DNA of 64,000 nt. Origin: Raillietiella orientalis. Lineage: Eukaryota. A program made the position numbers and the translations under genes. The stretch spans positions 1 to 64,000 of the forward strand of contig JAYWIR010000142.1 of NCBI GenBank assembly GCA_036172245.1, read 5' to 3'. The notes below the pieces were generated by a model. The model saw only the letters and a program-made list of their open reading frames with translations, was not told the origin of the DNA and did no database searches. Shown one piece after another: positions 47,244 through 60,488 of the stretch (positions within the stretch are counted from its first letter, which is position 1; the number at the start of each line of letters is the position of its first letter).

Positions 47244-50200
47244 CGGTGTGCTGGTCAGGGAGTAGGTGGGTGGGTATCCGGGAAGGTGTGGGCCGCTGGA
47301 CAAACATCGCTTCTTCGGGATGAGGGATGGCTCAGGGCAAATCCTGCAAGATCTACAAATCACAGTCCTGGCAGATGACTATGCGGGGTGGAGAGCCGAT
47401 TCCCAGAGGAAACGCGGGGGCGATCCACGGCACCCACCGCCTTCACTGAAGGGGGTCCCAGCGAGAGAGGGCATGGAAACCGTCCCGCTGCCGAGAGAGA
47501 CGGCTTGCCCGCGTTTTCAGCTGAGACGCCCCCCGCCTTTCCCCGGCAATCGTGGGTGAGAGAGCATGCCTTTTTTTTTTTTTTCTTTCAGTCCAGAATT
47601 GTCCGGAAAACCGAAAAAGAGAAGCAAAGTGAGAAGAGAGGAGGGAAAGAGGAAAAGGGCAGCTCGAAAGACGGGGAGCGGCGACTGCAGGCCGTCGAAA
47701 AGTCTTGATCCCACTGCCCTCATCACGCGTTCCTAACTTTCGTGAGCGCCTCTTTTCGTTATTGCGAGGGAAACCGGCCGAGGAAGGAGGCGAAACTCTC
47801 TGGATTAACCACCCGCATGCGGAAGAGGAAGAGAAGGGAGAGAAAGCTGCCAGCAACCTGGAATGAAAAAATTAGGAGCTCTGTTTCCCGGGCGATGCGT
47901 GCGGATCGCAGGAAGGAGGGCAGGTTCCGAGGCGGCGGCACCTTCGGCCGCCTTTGTCGGTCGGTATCGTGGGCAGCTGGCTCGCGGCTGGGCGCCTTCG
48001 CAATCAACCTGTGCAGGCAGTCACGCACACACCTAGTGTGTGAGGACAAGCATCGCTTAGAGGGAGAAGGGGGGGGAATTCCAGAGATTTCGAGCAGGAG
48101 CGAGCGGAAAGGAAGAAAGCCGACGCGCGACTCAGGAGGGACGGATGACAGTTGTCCTCGCTGCTTTCCCTGGTGAGAAGAGGGGACAGGAGGTAGAGGA
48201 GCAGAACCCGAGTTGCCGCTGCCATCTCCAGAATGGAATGCCCCGTATCAAACACCGCCTCGAGTCCCAGGACAAGGTAGCCCCTTTTTATCAAATCAAG
48301 AAGGGGGAAAAGAAAGGGCAAATCCAAGGGGAAGCAGACGATGGTTCCTCCCTCCCCTTCCGTGGTCGTATTCTCTCTCAAGAAAGGTTACGTCCGGCGT
48401 GCGATAGATCCCTGTCTCGGAACGACGATGACGACGACCCACGGCGCTAGAGAGAAGCAGCAGCAAAAAAAAAGAAACGCCCTGTTGCTGCGCGACGACT
48501 GATCGTGGTGGCGGCAAGAAGATTTGCTCTCGAATGCCCAAGATGATCGTAGAGTAGGTCCAGCAAATGAGTGATTTTGCCCTCACGGATACTGCCCGAA
48601 ATCCGAAGCTCTATTTACGTCCAAAATGACACAAATTTTCAGCATGGCGCCTATTTGCATGGATGTGTTGGTGATTCTTGAAACACCGTGTGCGCTCTTT
48701 ATAAGCAGTGGTATCCCTCCTTGTAGGAAGCGTAGTGAGAGGAACATTCTAATGAAAAAATAAGCATGCGCGCAATCTCATTTATCTATTCCTATACAAT
48801 GTCTTACGTGTACAGATAAACACATGTGCCCACAATTTGTGCATGTGAGTTCACTAAAGTCATCCGCTTCGTTGGCTGCAGTTTTCACAGGTGATCCGTC
48901 CAAAAGAATGTCATGGTAACAAATATCCCAAGAGTACCTTGTTAGCCACTCACAGAGAGTAATCCTATCTGTCACAGTACATTGGCTTGGCTACATCCAG
49001 ATGTGGCGGACACAAAACCGAAGAATTCCGATGAAATTCTACGCTTTCCATAGGCATCATTTTGAAATTCCGTGCGGGAAGCTCTTGGTGAAAGAAAAAA
49101 TGGTTCCTCCGGCAATCTGCTTGAAGTTCCCTGAACTTCCAGCAGCATTAACTCGAGCGCTTTCATTCCTGTTGTTCAGAAGAGGGAAGCAGCGGAGAGG
49201 AGTCGGCGAGCTTCACGCTTCGCGAGTGTCCACCAGCGTAGGTTCCACCCACTTCACCATGTGCTTGTCGAACCTGAGGTCTGTAGGTCAAGTGCAACAG
49301 AAAGGCGGAAGAAAGGGCTCTCGTCAGAGTTCAGACAAGCCTCTGATCTGTGGCATGAGCAAAAGATGCAGTCCTCGGAATGCTGGTCATCACAAATTCC
49401 AGAGGATGGTTTGAAGGCTGGTCAGCAAGTGTCATTGCGTGCAAAAAGAGTACCGAGCTCCTGAAAACTTGAAGTTTTGAGGGTACTGGAAACTCCGAAG
49501 CGATCCTTTTATTCATTCCAAGCAGCTGAAGACAACTGAGGCTCGCAATGTTGCGAGCAACAGACCTACAACCCATGATTGATTAATTAAACACTGCAGT
49601 TATCAAACTGTTGCACCATAGTTGCACGAATCCAGGCAAAGTCGCAATCTTTACGAAGCACCAGTTCACTCCAAGTGGAATCAGGACGCGTTGTCCTGGA
49701 TTGGAGATTAATCCTCCCGCTCGCGTTTCCAAAACAGAGTGGGAATCAAGGAATATTGCTGAAGCCCTTTTTCAATGCCTCGCGCGCTTCTTTCACTCGT
49801 TGGGTCTCCCATTGCGAAGATGATTTGTTCCGAGCTCTCTCCTATTGTGGATTCCACACGTTATGATCAGCCACCATTTTCGTCCGCTTCTGCTGCGCGT
49901 AAGATACGAGGAACATCCGTTTTCATGCTGGAAAAGGAAGCATCCTCGCCAAACTCGAACTGAGCAGTTCCGCCGATTTCCTGGAAAATTCCTGGTTTTT
50001 GAATTCTGCGTGTCCGCTGCACCTCCGGAATGGATCATCTTCGGATTGCTGTTATCCAAACAGACGCGGAATCATTCAATGTGCGAACTGAAATTTTCGA
50101 GATAACGTACCGTGTGCTCGACGACCTGTACAGATAGTCATTTCCCCTTTGAATAAAGGATGTGCGTTCTCGTCCAGTCTTCTATCAAAATGATTGATTA

Positions 50201-51979
50201 AACAATTCTGAATGTCTCATTAACATGAGCTCAAAACTATGAAATGGTAAGTGTGGGACATTGGTTGTCTGCTGGCTCCAAGTTACCATTTCTAAGATGT
50301 GAAAGTAAAAGCAAAATGAGACCACTTATTGTTTTCATTAATAATTTCTTCTTTTCTAAGGAATGGCGCTCTCATTTTCTTATAAATAGGGAAAGCCGCA
50401 TCGAGAACTGCTTAAAGTTGAAGGATGATCTCCTAGGTCTCCGAAGAAATGAGACTACTGTGAAGTGCTTTTACGAAACAAATTCGTGATAGCTGCAAGT
50501 AGAGACTGCAAGAGTGGAAAATCAAAGGGCTCCGCAGTAGAACCATAAGGTGGTATTTTATTGACATCACTGAAGGAATCATTGGAGGGACAGCGACCAA
50601 GGCGATGGTACTTGGTTATTGGTTCCACGATGTTTCCAGGTTCGAAGTAACTCAAGTTTTCAGAGGTGCTGCGCCTCCGTATGTGTGGTTTGGTCGCATT
50701 TAAAGAAAAGATAACACCTTGATCGGTTGAGGGGGAAGCGAGGAGGATCGAGAATTTACTTAGCAGGAACAGTCGTTTCAACTTTCAAAGAGACGCAAAA
50801 GATATCTGGAAACGTCTTGGAAGAAATCAGCTATTGTGATTTGCAAATTATCAGCAACAGCAGATGATAAACACTTGAATCCAGACAGACAGAATGTAGC
50901 ATTGGAGAAGATGCATTTGAAATCTGGGATGTGTTACATGATGAATGAATACGAAGATCCATTGTCCCAAAAGGCACTGGCAGGAAGTTTTCAAGTCAGT
51001 GATGACGCAAACTTAAATCTTGAGAAATCACGAAGACGAAGAGACTTCTTTCCCTCCCTATTTCTTGCCTGTTTCCTTCTGGGACGCTCCACCGTAAGCG
51101 CGCATCCTCTTGAAATGGGATGACGGTTTTTTCGATCGCTCTTCTCGTTTGGTACTCCTCAGTGAAAGTCGGCACGGTGTCCCTCAGTCCAAAGGTCAAA
51201 GTGCCAGAATCACAAGACCACTCACGGGGCGGATTCCCGTCGGTGCGACTCGCTACCCGGAAGGCCCCGAGGGATCGGCGTTCCCTGTCCCGGGACGTTG
51301 TCTACCCGGCGGCGGTGATGCTACCCCAGGACGAGGGACGGGGCGGGGAAGGGCTGTTTTGCGTTCCCCTGGACAAACTTCCCGGAAGGAAAACACTTGG
51401 CAGCGTCCTGGAGGACACCGGGAGGGAGTCGCTTCCACGGACGCGCCAAGGATGAGCTCACCCAGTCGGCATGCAGCAGGAGCCCTCGGGCACTTCTTGC
51501 CTCTAGTGCACCAGGCCGCACCCTAGGCCCTGAATCCGGGAAGAGGTAGCTGCGAACGATCGCCTGATGATGAGGTCTTGCAGACCGTCCATCCCAGAAA
51601 GGGCCCCACCGGAACAACCTCGAAGGGAGTGGTTGCCGACCACACATCCGGATCGAATCCCGCGCGCATTTGCCCGGACCTGGGTCAGATGGAAGTCAGG
51701 GGTCAAGGGTCAGGTGCTGCAGCTCGGCATGATCGCTTTTTTCCTTTGCGGCCCGGGGAGTCGAAGGGAGCAAGCCTTCACCTGCCCTCCTGTATCATTG
51801 ACAACAAGACTCTCTCGTTCCCGATTCCTGGTAACCAGCTGCCCCCTCGTGTGACGCGAGAAACGTGGTCAGAGCGACCGCACGCGTTTCTTTTTTTTTT
51901 GTGTTTTTTTCACCAACGTCATCAGGTCTGCCGTGAGGACTGCCATGCCCGCAGGCGGTTGGGTAGGATTTTCCGCTCC

Positions 51980-52185
51980 TTCCGGGATGCGCTTCCACAG
52001 GATGCTCCTGTGTCCTACGACGTTCCTCTGCCCCTTCTCCAGTGTGAAGAACAAGCGCTCCTTGTATGACCTCGACGCGGAGAATCTCGGTACGGAGCAG
52101 TTGTGCCCACGCATGTGTGGCGTGCCCTCGCATCGCGGCTGCTTTACTGAAGGTCTTCCCGCGTAACACCTCATTCGGAAACGCA
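51980..52185 (-). mobile_element. Possible degenerate C2H2 zinc-finger N-terminus of an RLE-type retroelement
   Basis: Across frameshifts reads RCYA-GKTFSKAAAMRGHATH and LFFTLEKGQRNVVGH, resembling tandem C2H2 fingers. Confidence 0.3.
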
Positions 52186-55100
52186 CTTAGTGCTTCCTAC
52201 CGTTCCTCTCAAATCGTTCCTCCCCTGAAATGGTGATTGTTTTGGCACTGATCTGCTTGTTTGTGGCCTACTTCGTCTCGAATGCATCGAACTAAAGTTC
52301 TTCATGGAAGGGAGAGGAGGGGGGGGGAGTGTTTTGTATTTTGTCGCACCTGATCACGCCGGGTGCGCTATGTTCACGAGAAAGAAACATGCATGTCGGG
52401 AACAGAGGAACCTGCGGGGTCCTCCGTGGAGGAGAATGCGCTGATGCGCCACGTGAGCTTTTGGTTTGCGTGCCTGAAGCCCCGATCCCAAACGAACTTC
52501 GACATTTTAAGTTTCATGCTTTGTTTTCTGCCCTGCAGGTTGCCGCCGGTTCTCGGAAGAAAAGCGGCTTCGCGCCTTCTGCACCAGAGACTTTATTTTG
52601 TCACTTTTGCTCTTTTGCTCCACGCGCATGCGTCACGTGAAGGAAGGGGATGGTTGTCTCTCTGCTCGCAATTCCAGGATTCTCAGTCCGTCATGATCGG
52701 GACGTGTTCGTTGTTTTCCAGTTCTTCGAGGCAGGATCGCTGACCAGTTCAACAACCCCTCTTCCGACCGGACGATCCTTGTCTCTGCCACCAAAGTCCA
52801 CTGTCAGACTTCTGCCGTTTCTCCCGTGCAGAGGATCGCGCGTTTTCGTTTCCCTTTGCACCGCTGCTCTCCAGAAGGCAGCATTCCCTCTAGAATTCAG
52901 CTGCCGCCGTCTATGCAACTGTGTCCTTTCGCTTGGGGTGCAAGGCGAAATCCGAACCCGAAGAGTTGGTGTTCGCTGGTACTTTGAGACTCGGCTACCC
53001 GGAGGCGCAATGTATGTTTCCGCAACTGCAGTGCGTTCGCCTGAAAAGGAGTGCTGTGTCCAGTGGTCAGGCCCACTGCATGCTGGAACTCTGTCGCATC
53101 GATCCATCTTCCTTGCCCTCCCAGTCTCCCGCATACCCGCACATCTGTCCCCTGCATTCCAAAGGTCACATCTACTCTTTCAGTGTACCTGCGAAGAAAC
53201 TCAGGTGTCATGCGCCCAGATTTATTATGCAGAGCTATTATAGGAAAAATAATTTTCTAGGAAATGCCTTTGTAGTTATTTTCAGAAAAAAGAAAGGAAA
53301 GCAGGAAAAGGACAGTTTTCCCCACCTCTCATTCCATTCACCTCCAAAAAAAAGCGTGAATTTGTGTGCTAAATCAAATGATAGTTTCCGGAAAGTGAGA
53401 GCGCTGTGTCGCAGATGGCGTGCTTCTACTCATGATGTACAGTTCCAGTAAATATCCACATTTTGACCAGAGGATGCCCCTGGCATTGCCTCCACGCCAC
53501 ATGCTATACTCGATGTTTGCCTTGTCTTCTGGGCTGCCCATTCACGATCAGAGCGCTCAGCCCGAAGTAGCATACGAAACAAGTAAAATGAGGTTCAGAG
53601 GTCGCAGAACCTTCCCAAGTTCGAACGGACCACTGCCCACTGGTAGCGCGACCAGGTATGGAGGGGATGCAGGGAGAATGGAGAAAGGGAACGATCGAAT
53701 GAATTAGCAGTGGGTGGGCTGGAGTGGCCTCGCAGCTGCTCCCGTGGAACCGTGTCCGTTCCTCTCTGCTGTAAACGCCTGGGGACCTTGCCTCTGCGGA
53801 GAGAGCTCCCACGTAGTGAAGAATTCACCGTCTCACGCGCCTCCTGAATGCGGAAGGTTGCATCGGGAACAGAAGCTCTCCGCACAGCCGCAGAACTCGC
53901 TCGAACAAGTAGACGACAGTCTTGCCTCCCGAACCATAGCCTGCTGGAACGGCGGACATGACGGCCTTCATCAGAGGCAGCTGTCCACGCTAGCCATCGC
54001 CCGTTCTCTCGGAGAGCAGATCCAGCCGGCCAGGTGAAGCACGACCGACCCCGTATGACCGCGTGCTCCCGTCCGCGCTCAGATCGCTCGCAAGTTGATC
54101 GCTCCTTCCGAGCTCTGCTGCCAGCGTTAACGCCAAATAACGTCAGGACGATTCTTCTCTATGAACGCACATAGGTGGCCACTGGTCAAATTCGGAAGTA
54201 CACTTGGTCGTACGACGGCCCACGAGCGAGAGAGCCGCCACGATGCCGGTTCGGGGAGCGGCGGGACTCAGCTCCGCAGCAGGGCGGAGAGGCGCACCAC
54301 GTTTTGTTGACAATTCCGAATTTATGAGTGAAGCTGAAACCCATTCATCATCCATTGCGGAAAAAACTATGGCCAGATGATGTAGGCAGGGAATGAAGAA
54401 CTGATTATCGGTTGGATGGCGATTAAGCAGGTGAGTTCGGTGAGGGAAGGACTAAATGACATGGCAACTGCGATGATGGGGTCGAAATCAAAAAAAAGGT
54501 ATCATGAAGAATCGTGTGATATGGAACGATGGCATCAAGGAGGCAACTAAGTGGAATGGATGTATTGGAATGGGTACCGTGATTAGGAAATCATCCTTTA
54601 TGATATGCTGGAGAGGGAATATTTTATCGGGAGTTGGAAGTCTGTCCTCTGGGATCCGTCATTTTCGATTAACAAGTTGAGTTTGAATAATGAAGGAGGA
54701 TTAGATGATTACGACCGACGAGGTGCATTGGTCCCGGAATCCGGAAGGAATAAAGTTTCCAGCTGTGGGTTGATTCTATCTCTGGAAACCTGTTGGCCGT
54801 CACTTCCTGAACAGAGGAAAAGGTTTCAAATTATGTGGAAGCAAATTGTGTAACCACCACTTCACGCGTTGGAACATTCACGGTGTTCATTTCCTATTTC
54901 CATGTCAAAATGAGAGGAGGAATTCGTGACTCCATTCATGAATTCTTCAGAAGCTCATGCTGTGGCAGCTGTGGATATCGAATGCGAATGTCGAAAGAGT
55001 GGTAAAGAGAAAAAAATAGTATAAACATCCATGTCGAAAGCGATAAAAGGAATGGTGACGAATGACAGTTGAAGGGAGAGTGGAGAGCGTGCGATGGTTT

Positions 55101-56945
55101 TAAGACGAAACGCACATTGAAAGGAGAACGAGAGGCTCTAACGAAATTATAACATGGTATGCTCTAATCAGTATGAGCATTCAAAAGGAGGATATAAGAA
55201 ATTTTATTTCCTTTAAGAAGGAATGTGCCGACCAGCTGAGAAGAAGCTGCAAAGGGAGGACGATGGACAACAGAAATCCGAGCGAAACGGCGTAAGGGAA
55301 AGGAAGTGTTCCCGAACTCTGGAAGAAATCACTCTTCCAGGAATTCCCCGTCGTGCGCAGCGGTGATGATGGCGCAGCCTCGTGCTGCCGTGGTGTGGAC
55401 GGAAGAACTCCTTTCGAGGCGCCTCCGTGCACTCCATTAGGGTACAAACTTCAGTCATCCAGGTTTTCCTGAAATGCTCAACCCGTTGCAAGCCGCTCCA
55501 GGAGTGCATCTCCACCTAGTTTGTGAGCCGCTGTCACCTTTTCCGGAGTTCACTGGGGAAATTTAAATCATACTCTTAGTCCCATACAACTTTGTGGATC
55601 GATAAACTTTATACATATTTGGTCCTCGAAGTTCTTCAAAGCAATACTTTATTAATCACTGTGTTTCTGTATAAGCATGAAGTAACTATGATGTACGAAA
55701 TCCCAAGCAGTTCGGATAAGTTCGTTTCGACCGACTTTCTGGGGAGACTCAATCCAAGAGCGAATGATAATCAGTTGAATGTTGCAAATGTGAACCATCA
55801 AGAAAAAAACAGAACAGCAGTGGAGGCAGTAGTATTACCAACCAACTGTTCATCAGATCACAGAAGTATTCATGTATCTCTGTCCATAGAGACAACTCAT
55901 CTGAGTGTCACAATATTTAATTTTCATCGAGGATTCCTGACGTAATTCACATGGAGTTGTTTTGCCGAATTCAGCTTTTCTTTTGAATTAAGCTACTCCG
56001 CAGAAACGAGATGCAAGATAGTAATGTACAGTTTGCATGCATAGAATACATACAATCTCATACATTTATCCAGTTGTATAGAAGTGAAATGTTTTCTGGA
56101 TATAATGTATTGCGCACATTTGTTCCAAGGTTTCTTGAGTTCCCGCGTTGGCAACTGCAAGAGCGGCAAATGCTTCACTTTGACTCATGTTGTGCTGTCC
56201 TCATCCTCCATGAGGTGAAGTTTCATTTAACAAAACAGCTGGGACTGCATATCGGTATGATCAGCACCCATCTTTTGCTGGGATTCACAGCACGGGGACA
56301 CGTAATGCACTCCCTACAGCAACGGATGTGGAACTTGACAGCCAAGATGAACGCTGCTGAAGAATGGCAGCACCCCAGGAAGCAATCTGGCATCTCACAA
56401 GCTGTTTTGGATTATACGGATTTTTGTACATGCTAAGCAGGTACAAATCCATGTTATCTGAGTGAGGGTGGGCAAGGGCAAGATAAGTTTTTTGGTATTG
56501 AATCAGAACAACTTTATGAAAAGATCAAACATGTCAAGAACATGGAGTGTGTGGGAGAGTAATGAAAAGGAAAGCTACTTATGATGTTGCTGAAAAGGCC
56601 TTGCCTTGCCTTAAAACGTTTTTCCCATGTTGACCAGGAAAATTTCCAATCGAAATGTTTGATTCTCTTAACAACGCCATGGCTGTATTCTGCTATTATG
56701 CACATTTGTAACATATCAACAAACACCTTACCGGTATTGTACATCCGGAAATACATAGAACTTCATATTGAAAAATTACTTTATCTGATGTTCATGAACA
56801 CATCCTATTCACTGAGAGCCTTGAAAATGCAAATGAGGAAACACATGATCTATGCTTCATGGTAATAGAAGAAACCAATGGGTTCCTATCAAACCTATGC
56901 CATAAATGCATGTCATGAAAATTAGCCTGACGAAGAGATGGAGAT

Positions 56946-56989
56946 GTTCGAGGAGATAGAGGATCAATTGAGCCTCCATCTCCTCGAAC
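56946..56989. repeat. 44-bp imperfect palindrome (20 of 22 pairs)
   Basis: GTTCGAGGAGATAGAGGATCAA|TTGAGCCTCCATCTCCTCGAAC. Confidence 0.9.
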
Positions 56990-57398
56990 TCATTTCGATA
57001 GATACAGATTTGCTGCTTTCATCGATTACAAGGTACTCTGTACACAATGGGAGCTTTGTATTTTCATTATACATAGGAATATGTGACGAGCCTACTTGAA
57101 AATTCATCCAGCGACCTGATAGCATTGCAACCAACCAATTTTATTTGCTTCCCCACATCTGGAATCCGAATGAACCTCGGTGGGCCACATACACATACAC
57201 AGTTCCTTTGCCCGTTCGGCTGTTTCTCTGAAAGGTACTCGTGTTCGGTCGAGCAAGTCCTTTCGGTGTCAGGGCTAAGCGACTTCTGAAACTCGTAAAT
57301 AAAAGGCCAAGATTCGCTGTAAATTTTAGAACCGTGAACTTCCTTGATTTTTTTCTTTTTGTTCTGTTTTCCTCGAAACACTTATCCCGCCTTTGAAT

Positions 57399-57435
57399 CA
57401 TCGACCCCTTGCACTTAAAGTGCAAGGGGTCGATG
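57399..57435. repeat. Perfect 18-bp inverted repeat with a 1-nt spacer
   Basis: CATCGACCCCTTGCACTT-A-AAGTGCAAGGGGTCGATG. Confidence 0.95.
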
Positions 57436-59289
57436 TGGGCTTCTTGCTTTCGCATCGCACGATCGCTGTGCATACTTTGTGAAAATGTAGCCAAGCTGCA
57501 ACATGTTCGTTCTTCGTGCCTTTTCTGATCACGCCAACAAGGCTTTCTTTCGCACCTGGAACACATGCATGCACTTAGAGCATTGCAAATTGGCCAGAAC
57601 AGGCTTCAGATAACATAAGGATTTAATCAAGCTCACTCCACGGCGCGTGTGTTCCTCTAGAGAATTCCTCCACTCCTCAAAACGCTTCCGTTTCTCCATT
57701 CTCTTGGAGACGCTCTCTCCCGCAGGATGGCTTCCAGGCTGAACAGAGTTCGCACTGTAGATGGAAGAGGGCCCCACGTGCTCCTCACGGGAGGAGCATC
57801 TTGACCGTAGCGCCCGAACACGCAAATCGCACGAGGAAGATGCTCTTCCCGTGGCGACCGCCAATCCGTGACCTCAGGGTCGACAGCCAACGTGCGATAG
57901 CCGAAATGGGCATCGGTTGACCTGCCTCAACGTGCGCACGAGAAGGTAGTAGCCTGCAGTCTGTGCGCAGGAGAAGACTCACTTTGCGCGCGCACGCACG
58001 GTTCGGGAGGCCCGCGAACTCTTGTTTGTCATCGACGGACGATTGCCCGTCGCCTGCGCTTTCCCTGCCCGCTGTTCGAAGAGAACTCACTCGCATCTTC
58101 CCTTCCCGCACAGGTCGTTGCGGACCGCACCCCACAGGGACGAAGAGAATGCGGAAAGCGCCCTTGCGCACCTTGGCGGCCAGCGAACTTGCAGGCGCCC
58201 ACCGTCCTTGCCAAGTGGGAAGGGACATGTAAAGCACCGTCGCGAACAGAAGTGGTTCCGTCCGCATGGACACGCGCAGGCGGGAAACCATGGTTAACGA
58301 GAGATTGGCAAAGTAACAATCGAAAAATTCCCCATGCGAGGGTGGAGCAAACTAATAATTCGGCATCCATGGAAACGGACTATCCGGTAATTCTTTGCTC
58401 GCATTTCCACCAAGATTTTTGAAAGGGACGGACCCTCTTTTCGATGCGCGGGAGGCCCACCCCATCTTGTCTGGGGTCGGTGTTTGGAGGAAAGACATCG
58501 GCGATTGCAGGCATCTCGCGACAGGCCACCACCGCCAGCACGAGGGCGGCTGGAGACGCGAAATAGAAATCCGCCGCGAAGCTGCTGCTGCTGAGCATGG
58601 ACCAGGGAGAGGAGGGAGCTGCGCCAACGTCAGAGGGAACGCACGGGAGTCCAGCGTCATGCTCGCTACGCGCACAAAAGCAGTGAGCGACTGCAAGGTC
58701 AGTCTCGCGAAATTGCGCTCGATGCAATCCGGACGGTCTGTGGCATGAATCCTTACGGCAAGTGTTGACTCTTCGGCAGCCTTCCTCCTCTTCCGATACG
58801 TAATTCAGCAGCTACACTTCCCTTCTTTCTTCTTTCCCTCTCCTCACGCTTAATGAGAAATCGCCGCCTTGCATCAGCGTTCTCTCTCGAGGAAACACGG
58901 AAAGTTCGAGGAGCGGCACCGACCTCCTTTCTGTTTCAGGTCATTCCTTCGTCTCCGGGTCGTTTGCGTGTAAACGCGCCGTTGGTTTTGGAGAAGGGAA
59001 AGATCAGATGAAATGTTGTGGATGTTGGATTGGCAGCGGTTGAGCTGCATACAGCTCCTGTCCCAAGGGGGTAGTAGGGAAGGAGCAACAGGGGCAACCG
59101 TTACGTCAGCTGCTCAGCGGCAACTCCCGCAGATTTTGCGACAAAAATTGACCATCGGCAACGCAAAAGTATCAGCAGTGTGTCGCAACATTTCCAAGTC
59201 GTCTGCCCAGGTGCATGAGCATCTTGCAGTGGACAGGTTTCAGCCACCTACCTCCATGAAAGGTTAAACTCTGGAAGCATCCCGTCTCA

Positions 59290-59480
59290 CGGGATCCCGC
59301 CCCAGGGTACGACCTGCGTCTCTCTTTCACTCACGTTGGTCCAAGAGGGTATCCACGAGGGTGGATACCATCGCTGCCTGGTAGCGAGACCGCAGGCGCA
59401 GGCGCAGTCGTCGTCGCGCCGTCGATCGAGAGTACTGGAGACCCGGGGACGGGTGGATGCCGACCGCACTTCACCCATCT
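59290..59480 (-). mobile_element. Possible small NeSL/Utopia-like fragment (post-RT region)
   Basis: RLRLRSRYQAAMVSTLVDTLLDQRE*KRDAGRT resembles the L..KPDQGR motif seen at about 40830. Confidence 0.35.
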
Positions 59481-60488
59481 CCCCCGCAAAAGTGTGGCCT
59501 GCATCGGGGCTTTGTGGTTAAGGCTTCCACGTGTGGCACTATGCGTCGCGGGTTCGAATATTTCGGCAGAAACTGACGATACTACGTCGTTGGGTTCCGA
59601 GTTTCTCCTGCAATGGCGCTGGTTAGCCGAAACATTCGGGCGTGGCACCAGTTGGTCGTTTAAGCCGGAGGCCACCGGAGTATTCGGAAACTGACCTTCA
59701 AATCTTCCCAGGAGTAAAGGAGTGGGGAGTTCCCCCTTCGGTCGTAGAGCGGAGAGCCGACCTCCCTCTGAGGGGGACTTTTCCGGTTGGTTTCAACATA
59801 AAGCAGGAGCCCTCACGGGCACCTCTCCAGCTGTTCAATGTAGCGGACCCCTCTGTTGCGGGGGGACCCTCCTAGTCTTCGCACTCTTCACAAAGTGCAA
59901 GGAAGCAAGCGAGAGCGATTCCCTTGTGGGAAGCTGCAGCTCTCCTTCAGAGTTTTGGAAGCGTCCCTTAGGGGTTCTCTTCAGAGTGAACAGGAGCGGT
60001 TCTGTTGTGGTTTCCTTCCGGAGAAGATGATATGGAGAGGACCACCCCCTTCCGGGGTGGTGCCACCGGAGAGAATGAGAAAGGAGATTCCCTTAGGGGT
60101 TCCCCTTCGGAGACAACCAGAGTGGAAGATGCGATCTCCCCCTTCCGGTGGGACTCCTCCCCACGTGTTAGAGGAACGAAAACCGAGCCCTTCGTGAATT
60201 TATAGGGCGGACCTCCATCCCGGGGTGCCCCTATCCTGAAGAATTGCACTGAAGAATTACCCCCCCCTGCGGTATTTTCGCGAGGTTGGGAGGGGCGTGG
60301 AAACAAAACAGTGTGTATAAGGAGCCACGTGCGCCGCGAGGCACGCAACCGGCTCTTGAGGTACTTAGCGAACCAAAAAAAAAAAAAAAAGTGTCGACTT
60401 TGAGAAAGGCGCTCGCGAGTCATCTGAGAAGTTCCTGCGGGATAAGGCGAACACACGCAGGATTTTAACGTTCGCTTTCCTGGGAGAC

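Noticed and set aside
47250..47400. ITVLADDY as a possible RT active-site remnant
   Set aside because: An isolated motif without the flanking RT motifs.
51320..51720. HSLRG and HADWVSS on the minus strand, reminiscent of a DIRS tyrosine recombinase
   Set aside because: The motifs are in different frames with wrong spacing, and no supporting RT/RNase H is nearby.
59710..60240. Recurring CCCTTAGGGGTTC / CCCCTTCCGG words, superficially array-like
   Set aside because: Short, degenerate and irregularly spaced; no constant repeat-spacer period. More likely decayed low-complexity element sequence.
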